Assembly: GCA_039809385.1 (NCBI GenBank)
Contig: JBDHUY010000006.1
Span: 43,528-107,527 of the forward strand
Origin: Candidatus Altimarinota bacterium
Lineage (GTDB): Bacteria; Patescibacteriota; Gracilibacteria; JBDHUY01
DNA length: 64,000 nucleotides
Direction: 5' to 3'
Shown: piece by piece, positions 52,701-61,796 of the stretch
Layout of the letters: every line of letters starts with the position of its first letter
How positions within the stretch are numbered: the stretch's first letter is position 1
Program-made: the position numbers and the translations under genes
The notes under the pieces: generated by a model
What the model saw: only the letters and a program-made list of their open reading frames with translations
What the model was told of the DNA's origin: nothing
The model's database searches: none

Positions 52701-53072
52701 CTGACACAACCGGCGCCGTACACCTATCAGTTTAAAAAATACTACGCCCGGATCAAGGGAACCTCGCCAGCCAAATATTGTGAGGTAAGCGAAAAGGCGC
52801 CTCAAACTTGTCTGACGGTCAACGGCAGCGAAAAAGTAATCGACGATGCCTATTTTGATACGATCAATAATCGACTGATCCTGGGAAATGACACCTGGGT
52901 CAGTATCGACGGCAGAGAACTGGGATTAACTCAGCATTTGAAGAGTTATTTCTACAAAATCGAAACAAAGTATCCGCTGGATAACCTGATGGGGTGGCTG
53001 TGCTCCATGGAATACGTCGGATTACCGATTACTGACATCCAAAAGGCAAAAGCATGTTCTGCATATCAATAA
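49761..53072 (+). CDS. Large Cys-rich surface protein with IPT/TIG, PKD and a dockerin domain
   Basis: N-terminal TM; three CG(D/N)..C..GE....CP.DC repeats; IPT (P.SGPVGT.VTITG.GF); PKD (GPAPL.VQF...W..DDG...HTY...G.Y); dockerin GDVNADKKVDISDL...DYL / GNV....VLDISDL...DYL at 51711-51897. Confidence 0.85.
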   Translation: MENKKPTAADMKRNWILFGLILGVAALAVAAYVMNQNARQYKGASIDPNDINPSQNFTQIDGIGDTGGLGISNGCPNSTPFLCSDGSCASTITQCDQLSQCTTNCNAVPSSFATSCIQQGGSYSCDSCGYGCEGLPSSSSSSSSGSSSGGFQICYVQSCNTLGQCVGRTQKVGIGDPCPVSQCSSDAVCGILTDPCGDGICSLGESPISCPSDCSGGTSSGGTTALSITNLNPITSPVGTATTVTITGTGFNSTTNTVRFTGTNFNADIPATVLSGGTGGQCGNRICETGETSLNCPSDCPINAAQYKCSSRFIHGQPIEFCRQCTTGETGCTSQEECSLSCGTGLLNYKDQKDSSFAEALGIPRAEALSGIPLQCGDGDTTICQSCSQMGGVGCLPNCGGSADTGSTCYECANPLDVYCKPKTIIIRPLVCDPACSAGESCIDGICISSGGGTSGGGTGTATQLQFVVPDTAPVGSYSVRVYTGAPNPRALVLSNSLPYTITPVCGNNMCEAGETTTSCPADCGNTNVNSGNGNGNGNPNSNNGNNNGGLMCDPNSIQAFGTPSTGPAPLNVQFGTTPSSTQCSNSYTCSWFYDDGPQQDVLTGCTPTHTYSSAGTYHPTVTITNNKGVTSTKTITVTVTQGAAQCELPGDVNADKKVDISDLAKMADYLSLAIPLDEPLRLCGNVAQPCNNVLDISDLSTLADYLSLAIPTLQVCSSSGSMNNNTNSSTATVTLSSLSPTSGPVGTLVTITGAGFTLSGNEVFFGNGYIPNVASTNNGTTLQFRVPGTLVPKCTLLPTTSCLLPVRITVEGAYDITVVNGQGVQGQKSLSFTVTSGTTSDTGYKCVGTTNSIPPSYICQACTIGETGCSDLNSCQTSCGASGSQFSSDTSAVYFLTQEATQTYKNDLDTLPLSAELQTLITNSGLSLQNLKDIAAGAPYARVITYTLTIPTVNIKTPVVLFYQKDKSGTLRSNGEPVTLTQPAPYTYQFKKYYARIKGTSPAKYCEVSEKAPQTCLTVNGSEKVIDDAYFDTINNRLILGNDTWVSIDGRELGLTQHLKSYFYKIETKYPLDNLMGWLCSMEYVGLPITDIQKAKACSAYQ

Positions 53073-53135
53073 ATACTTCCACTTTTCTTCACCAAAAATT
53101 TCTCATTACCTCTATAATTTAATTCATCGTTTTTT

Positions 53136-56100
53136 ATGAAACAATTGATCGAGAAACAAAGAGTGTGGCTCTACGCCGCACTGGGAGTGGGAGTATTGCT
53201 CCTGGCCGCCATCGCCTACTTTTTCACAAACGGGCGGCTGCTGACGTCAAACCTGATTCAGGCCACCGGATATCCGGTGAGCGTAGGGACCGTAGAAAGC
53301 CAGGTGACTGTCGGACCCAATCAAAGCTTTACGGTAAACTTGAAAGCCACCGGTGCGACTACCGCACGACCGCTGAAAGGCGTAAAACTGACACTTGACC
53401 TCCCGAGTTCTTTGACAGGGAGCACTCCAACATTTAGCGCTGCCCCCGGGGTATCGGTCCAGGGAACCCCGCGGCTGGTCTCTGGCAATAAATTTGTAGT
53501 GTTAATGACTACCAGCATTACGAACGCCGATGCCCCACTGGGAACATTAACATTTCAGACCGGAGCAACCGTTACCAATAATACGCAGGTGTCTACTTTT
53601 AACCAGACCGGGACGCTTCTGGTCAGCGAAATATCGGGAACCGACGGAGTAGACCCGAACAGCTTTGTCACCTTCAATGTTCCCAACGGCGTATTGTTTA
53701 ACTTGGTCGCCGGCAGCGGCGGGAACAATCAAAACACCAATAGTGGCGGCAATACGGGACCGTTTACCATCACCCATCGGGTTGTTAGCGGACAGGGAAC
53801 GATTAACCCCGCCAGTCCGATCACCGTCAACGGTGGCGACAGTGTCACCCTGGTTATCACACCCGGAACATGTAATGTACTGACATCTTTGACAGACAAC
53901 GGTGTCAATACTATGAACCGGGTCAGCCCGGTCGCGGCACTGGTCGCCGGTAACAGTTTTAATTATACGCTCGGAAATATTGATCAAAATCACGAAGTGC
54001 TGGTTTCGTTCGGAACCGATCCGGCTTGCGGAAACGGGAATGTCAATGCAGGAAATAATAACTTGAATGGCTTGAATGCGCCGGTCATTACCGCAATCAA
54101 CCCGACATCGGGGCCAACCGGCACAACCGTAACACTTACGGGTATTAATTTCAGTACTACCGGAAATACCGTTCGACTGACGAATGACGGCACCGGCGCT
54201 ACTACCAATATTGTGCCTTCCGCGCAGAATACAACGTCGATCACCTTTACGGTTCCGGCCGGACTCCCGGTCGGTCCGTATACCGTCACGGTAGAAAACG
54301 CCAACAATTTGACCAGTAACGGAGTGGCGTTTACCATCACGACCGGTGGTGGTGGCAATAATAATAACCAGAACGGTAATAACGGCAATACTAACCAGAA
54401 TAATGGAAACGGAAACGGCACTTTCACGATCGTCTTGAATCCGACTCAGGGACCGGTCGGAACTCCGGTTACAATCAGTACACCTGGCGGATTCCCCAAC
54501 GGTTCGACCAGCACAGTTACCTTTACCTGTCCGAACAATACTTCTGCCACGATCCAGGTAACGGCCTCAAACGGCACTCTGGACTTCAATGTTCCGGGAG
54601 GTCTGGCACAAGGCACCTGTACGGTAACCGTTACTAACGGTAACGGTACAGGTTCGGGGACGTTCACCATTACGGCCGGCGGAAACGGCAACCAGAACAA
54701 TGGGAACGGCTCATTGGGAGCAGTTACATTGACAAATATCAATCCGAGTAACACGAACTCCGGCCAAACCATTACGCTGACCGGTACCGGCTTCGGGACG
54801 GCTGCCGGACAGACCAATACAGTCGTATTTGTTCCCACCGGTTACTGTCCGGGTCAGACCACGGTAACTTCTGCGGGAAACGCCAGCTCGGCTACCAGTA
54901 TGACCACCGTCGTACCGAGTTTGCGAGATTGTACCTATAACGTCTTTGTCCAGGTAAGCAACGGAACCCAGACAGTGAACAGCAACACCCTGCCCATTAC
55001 TATCGGTTCGGGTTCGTCCAACGGGAATGGAAACGGTAACGGCAATCCGAGCAATACCAGTGTCGGCATTACTCGCCTGGATCCGATCCAGGGACCGGTA
55101 ACCACCGCGCTCGATATCTACGGATTCGGATTCGGTACTACGAACAACAATACGGTCTTCTTTGTCCCCGGCGGAAATTGTCCGGCTTCCCAGACCACCG
55201 TGGCGGTCAACAATGTCGATTCTACAGGCACATTCATCGACAACCTGGATATTCCCGATACCCTGGCAGTTTGTACCTACAGCGTCTATCTGTCTACGGG
55301 AGGCGTAAACAGCAACCCTGCCAAGTTTAACGTAACGGCCGCCGGAACCAATCCGGTTCAGCCGGCGACTATCAGCAATGTACAACCGAATCCAAGTCCT
55401 CAGGGTGGTCCGCTGACCATCACCGGTACGGGTTTCAATCCGGTTAATACAGTTACCATCACCTGCGGCGCTCAGACCGCGACTCTGACCAATGTACTGT
55501 CCAACGGCAATGAAATCAGGATCACGTTACCGGCAAATCTGGTCGGATCGTGTACCGTGGTAGTCGATAACGGCAACGGCCCGAGTAACGCTTTCCCGTT
55601 TGTCATTACTGCCGGCAACGCTAATCAAAACGGCAATAACAATAACACAAATGGCGGCAACGGAGGCAACAACAACAATAACAACGGCGGTCCCAACGTG
55701 CCTCAGAACGTGCGTGCCTTCGGCGATCCCCAGAGCAATCAGGTCATCGTGATCTGGGATCCGGTCACGAATGCTACCGGCTATAATATTTTCCGCATCA
55801 ATGACGGACAAACGTGTGCTCAAGGACAGCAAGTAGGCAGCGTCGGAGCTCAAAATACGTTTACCTATAACGAAGGGACACCCGGAACATATCGTTACTG
55901 TGTTTCGGCAATCGTAGCGGGGACCGAAAGCGGTCGCGGCGGACCTTCCAACGCCGTCACAGTCGGAACAAACATGAACGGTTTCGTCGACGGTGGCATC
56001 AATCCCGGCTTCCTGATCCTGCCGTTGAACTCGATTACCGGCATTCCGCTTACCGCCGACAACAATATCCCGGGCAATACGATTACTTGGACATTCCGCG

Positions 56101-56351
56101 GATTTAACCGCGACGGGACGGTCAATAACGGTCTGGTAACCGTAACTCCGACAACCGGAAGAACCACTACGGTAAAGCCGGTATTCGTTACCGCCAATGA
56201 AAACGGAGGTGTGGTGTTCGTCACAGCAACCGGAGATAACGGTACCTTCTCGACTATCCCGGTAATTGTGTGGAGACGCGGCGATACCGACGGAGATTTC
56301 GTTACCGGACCTGTCGATCAGAATAACGTGGTACGCGGATGGAATTACTAG
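53136..56351 (+). CDS. Large surface protein: cohesin-like N-domain, about five IPT/TIG, FN3, C-terminal dockerin-like Ca-binding motif
   Basis: N-terminal TM; V..NQSFTV.L.....V.LTL...LGTLTF (cohesin-like); IPT repeats with N/G linkers; P.NV.A...V.WDPV..A.GYNI.R (FN3); C-terminal RGDTDGD..T...D...V...W. Confidence 0.8.
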   Translation: MKQLIEKQRVWLYAALGVGVLLLAAIAYFFTNGRLLTSNLIQATGYPVSVGTVESQVTVGPNQSFTVNLKATGATTARPLKGVKLTLDLPSSLTGSTPTFSAAPGVSVQGTPRLVSGNKFVVLMTTSITNADAPLGTLTFQTGATVTNNTQVSTFNQTGTLLVSEISGTDGVDPNSFVTFNVPNGVLFNLVAGSGGNNQNTNSGGNTGPFTITHRVVSGQGTINPASPITVNGGDSVTLVITPGTCNVLTSLTDNGVNTMNRVSPVAALVAGNSFNYTLGNIDQNHEVLVSFGTDPACGNGNVNAGNNNLNGLNAPVITAINPTSGPTGTTVTLTGINFSTTGNTVRLTNDGTGATTNIVPSAQNTTSITFTVPAGLPVGPYTVTVENANNLTSNGVAFTITTGGGGNNNNQNGNNGNTNQNNGNGNGTFTIVLNPTQGPVGTPVTISTPGGFPNGSTSTVTFTCPNNTSATIQVTASNGTLDFNVPGGLAQGTCTVTVTNGNGTGSGTFTITAGGNGNQNNGNGSLGAVTLTNINPSNTNSGQTITLTGTGFGTAAGQTNTVVFVPTGYCPGQTTVTSAGNASSATSMTTVVPSLRDCTYNVFVQVSNGTQTVNSNTLPITIGSGSSNGNGNGNGNPSNTSVGITRLDPIQGPVTTALDIYGFGFGTTNNNTVFFVPGGNCPASQTTVAVNNVDSTGTFIDNLDIPDTLAVCTYSVYLSTGGVNSNPAKFNVTAAGTNPVQPATISNVQPNPSPQGGPLTITGTGFNPVNTVTITCGAQTATLTNVLSNGNEIRITLPANLVGSCTVVVDNGNGPSNAFPFVITAGNANQNGNNNNTNGGNGGNNNNNNGGPNVPQNVRAFGDPQSNQVIVIWDPVTNATGYNIFRINDGQTCAQGQQVGSVGAQNTFTYNEGTPGTYRYCVSAIVAGTESGRGGPSNAVTVGTNMNGFVDGGINPGFLILPLNSITGIPLTADNNIPGNTITWTFRGFNRDGTVNNGLVTVTPTTGRTTTVKPVFVTANENGGVVFVTATGDNGTFSTIPVIVWRRGDTDGDFVTGPVDQNNVVRGWNY

Positions 56352-56472
56352 ACCACCGTACAACATACCGAGAGACTCTTCCTCTTCGCTATCGCTCAGA
56401 CAGAGTCAGAGTGACAGACCATCCACTCCCCGATCTCCCCACTCCGTTCTCCTTGCTAACCCCTTTAGCCCT

Positions 56473-57054
56473 ATGAAAAAACAATTCGTTGCCGTACTGG
56501 CCCTCTCAATGCTGCTAGCCGGCTGCGGTCAGTCCCAGCCTCAACGTCCGCAGACATCCGGAACGCCGGCAACTTCTACAACCAATGAAACCGGGAAGGA
56601 TGCTGGTCCCAAAGTCAAAAACTCCGATACAGGAAAGTTCCACGCCGTTTTCTCGCTGTCTAACGACAAACCGACCGTACGCGCCGGCGAAGAAATCGAA
56701 GTAGTGTTGCGGGTTTCAAACCTGGAAAAGCCGGTCTCTACCGTAACCGCATATCTGATGTTTAATAAAGACGTTTTAAACGCCGAAAGTGTAGACTTTA
56801 GCGATTCTGCCTTTCCGGTCGTATTCCGTAATAAAGTCGACAATGAAAGCGGAATGGTAGAAATGTCGAGCAGCAGCCGTACCGGCGTAACCGGCGACCA
56901 AAGCTATTTTGCCAAAGTGAAGTTCAAAGCGAAACAGGCGGGAACAAGCGACATTTTGTTCAACGCCGAAAAGCTGGCAGTACTCCTGGAAGACAACACC
57001 GACGTGAAACCCGAAACAACCGATCTGCCCAAGTTGTCGGTAACTGTTCAATAA
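56473..57054 (+). CDS. Cohesin-domain lipoprotein
   Basis: Lipobox LLAGC; V.AGEEIEV.L.V....VSTV.A.L.FN.DVL....V.....F......D...G.V....FAKV.FKAK..G...I.F. Confidence 0.82.
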   Translation: MKKQFVAVLALSMLLAGCGQSQPQRPQTSGTPATSTTNETGKDAGPKVKNSDTGKFHAVFSLSNDKPTVRAGEEIEVVLRVSNLEKPVSTVTAYLMFNKDVLNAESVDFSDSAFPVVFRNKVDNESGMVEMSSSSRTGVTGDQSYFAKVKFKAKQAGTSDILFNAEKLAVLLEDNTDVKPETTDLPKLSVTVQ

Positions 57055-57175
57055 ATACGACCTTCTCCCTTTTAGGGAGAGGACAGGCAAGGAGGTACTT
57101 CCCTGTCCCTTCCTTAAAAAATAGAACATTGCTGTTCTTAAAGGAAACACATCTTATTCTCAAACAAAAATATAT

Positions 57176-58366
57176 ATGAAAAAGAGCTTCCAACTGGTGC
57201 TCGCGTCTCTGCTACTGTTGTTCGTCCAGAGTACGCCGGCTTTGGCCGCTCCGGATGCCGTTCTTTCTTTTACCCAAACTCCGGGAACGATTTGCGTGGG
57301 CCGGGACACAGCCTTTTCTATCCGGGTAAATACCGGATCGAATAATAATGTCTCAACCGTTACACCGTATTTCGAATATGATCCGGCATTTTTCGCTCTC
57401 CAGGGAACTGTTTCGACGAGCGGCGGAGCGTTTCCGGAAGTATACCGGAACAATCCTACCAGCAGCGGATTGGTAGAATTGTCGATGAGCGGGCAGCCCC
57501 AATCGGGAAGCAATTTGCTCGTGGCCAGTTTTAGCTTGCGTCCTACGCGTTCCGGTACCACGACGTTACGATTTGACTCAAAAGCGACCGTACTGATCAG
57601 TGACAATACCCCGGTGCTGGGATCTGCTCAAACCTTATCAATTACAATAAATCAAAACTGTTCGGGATCATCGTCCGGCGGAGGGTCTTCCGGAGGATCG
57701 GGTGGTGGAGGCTCCTCAGGTGGAGGGGGAGGCGGCGGAACGATCAGCCATCTGGCCTGTGTAAATAACCAGTGTACCCGGGTTGCCGGATTGGGCGCCG
57801 ACGAATGCTCCCGCGTGGGAACCGGCTGCAGCTCTTCCGGTTCGTCTTCCGGCAGCAGCGGCAGCGGAACAGGTACCGGCAGTAGTTCGGGGTCGTCGTC
57901 GGGAAGCGGCGGAGTATCGCCCGACGAACTCGATCCGCAGTGCGAACAACCTGTTAACGTACACGCTGCGTCCAATAACGACGGCAGCGTAGAACTGCGC
58001 TGGGAGAACAACGATTCGCGCGTCAGTGCGTTCGAAGTACGTTACGGCACAGAAAGCAGCAATTATACAAAAACCGAATTTACCGCCAATATCCGCTCCC
58101 TGCTCATTACTGGCCTTGAAAAAGGTCGAACCTATTTTTTCTCCGTAGTAGCCTTCGGAGAATGCAATGCCAGCAACCCCAGCAACGAGGTGAGTGTTCA
58201 GGCACAAGCCGGATCGACCGGTATCGGATCCGGGAAACCGGCCGCCGGAACGGGAGCACTCCCCCCTAGAAGTACCTCGGCCGGAGCGGCATTGACCATT
58301 CCGGCATTAATCGTGACGGGAATAACCACGTTTCTCGTGAGAAAGAAAAAGAAACCTTCAGCCTGA
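57176..58366 (+). CDS. Cohesin + FN3 surface protein with a C-terminal sorting-signal-like anchor
   Basis: Signal peptide, cohesin (VSTVT.YFEYDP..F...FP...N...G.VE.S...VASF.L.....GT..L.FD), G/S linker, 4-Cys module, FN3, then PRSTSAG, TM and RKKKK. Confidence 0.82.
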   Translation: MKKSFQLVLASLLLLFVQSTPALAAPDAVLSFTQTPGTICVGRDTAFSIRVNTGSNNNVSTVTPYFEYDPAFFALQGTVSTSGGAFPEVYRNNPTSSGLVELSMSGQPQSGSNLLVASFSLRPTRSGTTTLRFDSKATVLISDNTPVLGSAQTLSITINQNCSGSSSGGGSSGGSGGGGSSGGGGGGGTISHLACVNNQCTRVAGLGADECSRVGTGCSSSGSSSGSSGSGTGTGSSSGSSSGSGGVSPDELDPQCEQPVNVHAASNNDGSVELRWENNDSRVSAFEVRYGTESSNYTKTEFTANIRSLLITGLEKGRTYFFSVVAFGECNASNPSNEVSVQAQAGSTGIGSGKPAAGTGALPPRSTSAGAALTIPALIVTGITTFLVRKKKKPSA

Positions 58367-58409
58367 TCTTTTTTTATCCGTTTTGTCGTTTTACTTTTAC
58401 ATCTCACGT

Positions 58410-60929
58410 ATGGACACAAGCCAACCACAAACAAGCGGATCTCACCCCGGAGCACCGGCCGGCGTTAAATTCATTCATCTCGGTACTACACCCGCTTCTC
58501 ATGCAGAGATGCAAAATCGAGACGATCTGAGAGAGGTTACCCCGAAAGTGAATACACAGAGCGCCGGCGAGAGTATACCACCGATAATACCGTCAGAAGG
58601 AAAAGGAACCGGTACCCCTCAACATCCCAAGCGCAAAAAAACCGGATTGGTAGCAGCGGTACTGGCGGGAGGAATTCTGGCGATAGGTGCTTTGTTTTTT
58701 ACTCAGTCGTCGAACTTCTTTCGAGCCGACATTAACCCGACCGGCGATATTGCGTTTTTTCTCGAAAGCTCGAATCCGACAATCTGCGGAAACGGAGGAG
58801 TTTCAGACATTTCGATTGTGGTAACCGGCCAAACGCCGATTTCGACCGCTACAGCTTACTTGAATTATCCGGCAAACCTGGTCCAGGTAACTGCACCGAC
58901 AGTAACTGTACCGGCCGCCAGTCCATTTAGCGTAGTATTTCGCAACGAAATCGACTCAAACACGGGGCGGATCGAATTCTCGGTCAGTCCTGATGGTCAA
59001 GCACCGGCAACGTCGCCGGGGAGCGGCATAACTATTGGTACCTTCACGGTACGATCACTGCAAGAGAGCGGAACAGCCAACATAAGTTTCGATCTGGGAA
59101 AATCGGTAGCATTGGAACCGGGCAATATCAACTTGCTGCAGAGCGCCACCGGACTAAGTTTGACACTTGCCGATGCCAACTGTAATACGAACGGGAATCA
59201 GAATCAAAACGGGAACGGCAATAACAACGTAAACAATAACGGCAACAGCAATCAAAATGCTAACGCAAACCAAAACGGCAATGGCAATACCAACATGAAC
59301 GGAGGAAGCTCCTCCGGAGGCGGTTCTTCCGGCGGAGGAAATAATAACAATATCAACCAGAATCAAAACGGGAATACCAATGGCAATATCGACACGAATG
59401 GAAATGCAAACGGCAATCAGAATAGCAACGTGAATACCAACACGAACGGAGGAAGCTCCTCCGGAGGCGGTTCTTCCGGCGGAGGAAATAATAACAATAT
59501 CAACCAGAATCAAAACGGGAATACCAACGGCAATATCGACACGAATGGAAATGGAAACGGCAACCAGAATAGCAACGTGAATACCAACACGAACGGAGGA
59601 AGCTCCTCCGGAGGCGGTTCTTCCGGCGGAGGAAATAACAACAATACCAATCAAAATCAGAACACCAATGCCAATAATGGGAATGGCAATACGAACTCGG
59701 GCATTACGCTCAATCCGCTGAATCCGTCTTCGGGTCCGGTAGGAACGACAGTAGTAGCCACGGGTACGGGATTTTCCCCCACCGGCAATACGATCACGCT
59801 CACCTGCAGCAATAATCAGATTCGTACCATTTCGAATGTTTCCAGTACGAACAACGGGACCCGCCTGGTCTTTGTCATTCCTTCTAATATAACCGTCGGC
59901 AGTACCTGCAGTGTTACCGTCACCAATAGCAACGGACAAACCAGTAACGCCCAGCCTTTTACCGTCACGTCTCCGTCTTCCAGCAGTGGTGGCGGTGGTT
60001 CGTCGGGCGGAGGCGGCGGGGGTGGTGGTGGAGGTCGCATTACCCACCTGGCGTGTTTTAACAATCAGTGCGTGCTGGCAACCGGTCCCGGTCCGGACGA
60101 ATGTACCAGAGCCGGAATCGCTTGTACTTCAAGCGGCAGTAGCGGCGGCGGTACCACCAATCGTGCACCGGTATTTACCAATATCCAGCCGGCACCGTTT
60201 AGCGTCGGCAATCCCATAAATCCACCGATCCGCTTCGAAATAACCGACCCCGACAACGACGACATTGATCGTAACAGCATCCGGCTGGTCATCGACGGAG
60301 TCCAAGTAACCCCGACGATTACCGGCACCGATAATAAACGGATTTTCGTTTCGTACCAACCGAACAATTTGACTACCCCGCGACGGGTCTATGTACAGCT
60401 ACAGGCAGCCGATACTCGTAATCCGGCGGCCGTCGGCACCTACGATTACTGGTTCATTATCGGTAATGACGAAAGCCGCGCTACGCTGTGTCCTACTCCC
60501 GGGAATCTGCGGGGAAGTGTTAGCGGCCAGAATATTACTTTAACCTGGGATCCGAGCCCCGATACCAATGTCACGGGCTATACCCTCTATATCGGAGAAT
60601 CGCAAGATAATCTGAACCGGGTAGAACAATTGGGCGCGATTACAAGTATAACGCTCTCGGGTTTTACCGCCGGGCGCCAGTACTATTTTGTTTTAACTGC
60701 GAGTGGCTTGTGCAGCGAAAGCGACTATTCGAATATGATCTCGTTGACTGCCGGGCAAGGACCGGCCAGCGGAACCTACCGGCCGCCTCGTACCAATCCG
60801 GCCTATCCGCCGGGGTATACGCCCCCGGTAAAATTTCCCGATTCGCTACCAAAGACCGGCCCGCCTCTGCTCATTTCCGCAGGCATCGGCGCCCTCTACT
60901 GGGCAATGCGTCGGAAGAAGAAAAAATAA
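58410..60929 (+). CDS. Cohesin + N/G repeats + IPT + FN3 surface protein with LPKTG sorting motif
   Basis: N-terminal TM, cohesin, 49-aa repeats, IPT, 4-Cys module, Ig-like domain, FN3, then LPKTGP, a hydrophobic stretch and RRKKKK. Confidence 0.85.
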   Translation: MDTSQPQTSGSHPGAPAGVKFIHLGTTPASHAEMQNRDDLREVTPKVNTQSAGESIPPIIPSEGKGTGTPQHPKRKKTGLVAAVLAGGILAIGALFFTQSSNFFRADINPTGDIAFFLESSNPTICGNGGVSDISIVVTGQTPISTATAYLNYPANLVQVTAPTVTVPAASPFSVVFRNEIDSNTGRIEFSVSPDGQAPATSPGSGITIGTFTVRSLQESGTANISFDLGKSVALEPGNINLLQSATGLSLTLADANCNTNGNQNQNGNGNNNVNNNGNSNQNANANQNGNGNTNMNGGSSSGGGSSGGGNNNNINQNQNGNTNGNIDTNGNANGNQNSNVNTNTNGGSSSGGGSSGGGNNNNINQNQNGNTNGNIDTNGNGNGNQNSNVNTNTNGGSSSGGGSSGGGNNNNTNQNQNTNANNGNGNTNSGITLNPLNPSSGPVGTTVVATGTGFSPTGNTITLTCSNNQIRTISNVSSTNNGTRLVFVIPSNITVGSTCSVTVTNSNGQTSNAQPFTVTSPSSSSGGGGSSGGGGGGGGGGRITHLACFNNQCVLATGPGPDECTRAGIACTSSGSSGGGTTNRAPVFTNIQPAPFSVGNPINPPIRFEITDPDNDDIDRNSIRLVIDGVQVTPTITGTDNKRIFVSYQPNNLTTPRRVYVQLQAADTRNPAAVGTYDYWFIIGNDESRATLCPTPGNLRGSVSGQNITLTWDPSPDTNVTGYTLYIGESQDNLNRVEQLGAITSITLSGFTAGRQYYFVLTASGLCSESDYSNMISLTAGQGPASGTYRPPRTNPAYPPGYTPPVKFPDSLPKTGPPLLISAGIGALYWAMRRKKKK
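59286..59655 (+). repeat. 147-bp intragenic tandem repeat (about 2.5 copies)
   Basis: ggaggaagctcctccggaggcggttcttccggcggaggaaat recurs at 59301, 59448 and 59595. Confidence 0.9.
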
Positions 60930-60954
60930 CCGAATCCTTCTCTGCCTCCAATTC

Positions 60955-60995
60955 AAAAAACGCTCTCTTTCGGCAAAACGATCGAGGGCGTTTTT
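60955..60995 (+). terminator. Terminator of the surface-protein operon
   Basis: aaaaacgctctc ... gagggcgttttt. Confidence 0.6.
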
Positions 60996-61071
60996 CAAAT
61001 CAAAAAACATCATTGAGTTTGTTAACTTATATGTTAACATTATTGTATACAAAATCTGTTACTATATACGT

Positions 61072-61362
61072 ATGAGAACTACAGCAACTGCGAAACGACG
61101 GGTACACGTCGTTTTCTCACAAGATCTTATTGACGAGATCGACAAGCTGGTCGGAAAACGGAAACGCAGTGCTTTCATGAGTGAGGCGGCTAGGCGGAAG
61201 ATGATATCATTGCGGCAATTACGAGCTTTGGACCAAGCTATCGGAGCCTGGAAAGACGAAGATCACCCTGAGTGGCAAAACGGATCGTCGGAATGGATAA
61301 GAGCTATGCGTCAAGAAAGCGAAAGCAGGTTCCAAGAACTTGAAAAACGCAGAGATTCCTAA
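61072..61362 (+). CDS. RHH-type antitoxin (VapB-like)
   Basis: R.HV.F..DL..EID.LVG..KRSAF..EA.R, GAWKD.DHPE....WIR..R; upstream of a PIN gene. Confidence 0.8.
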   Translation: MRTTATAKRRVHVVFSQDLIDEIDKLVGKRKRSAFMSEAARRKMISLRQLRALDQAIGAWKDEDHPEWQNGSSEWIRAMRQESESRFQELEKRRDS

Positions 61363-61392
61363 CTGCTTTCTGTATAATAATTTCCGCATAGT

Positions 61393-61782
61393 ATGGCGCT
61401 TTTTTTGCTCGATAGCAACATCATAATCGATGCTCTAAACAGAAAAAATAACCAGGATAAAACAATACGCACATTGTTATTTCAAGAGCATGTTTTAGCC
61501 AGTTGTCCTATCACGATCTCGGAAGTATATGCTGGTATGCGCGATCATGAACGTGGGCGCATCGAAATATTGTTTGACTCCCTGCTCTTTCTGGAAATCA
61601 CAGAGCAGATCGCCCGTCAGTCCGGATTGCTGAAACGAGAATGGCAGCAAAAAGGGATAACTCTCTCGCTTCCCGATGCAACTTTGGCAGCGGTAGCCAT
61701 TGAAAACAATGCCATATTCGTAACCCAGAATGTGAAAGATTTTCCCATGCCTGAAATACACCTCTATCGGGATCTGCTTTAA
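61393..61782 (+). CDS. vapC: PIN-domain toxin VapC
   Basis: LLDSNIIID, ITISE...G, SLPD..LAA.A, T.N.KDF. Confidence 0.9.
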   Translation: MALFLLDSNIIIDALNRKNNQDKTIRTLLFQEHVLASCPITISEVYAGMRDHERGRIEILFDSLLFLEITEQIARQSGLLKREWQQKGITLSLPDATLAAVAIENNAIFVTQNVKDFPMPEIHLYRDLL

Positions 61783-61796
61783 GCAAGTACGCCATA

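Noticed and set aside
59286-59655. CRISPR-like repeat array
   Set aside because: In-frame 147-bp coding repeat with near-identical intervening sequence; no cas genes.
44660-60367. Long antisense and alternate-frame ORFs (e.g. 44874..45767, 55527..56366, 59154..60047)
   Set aside because: Expected shadows of codon-biased, low-complexity surface genes; no motifs.
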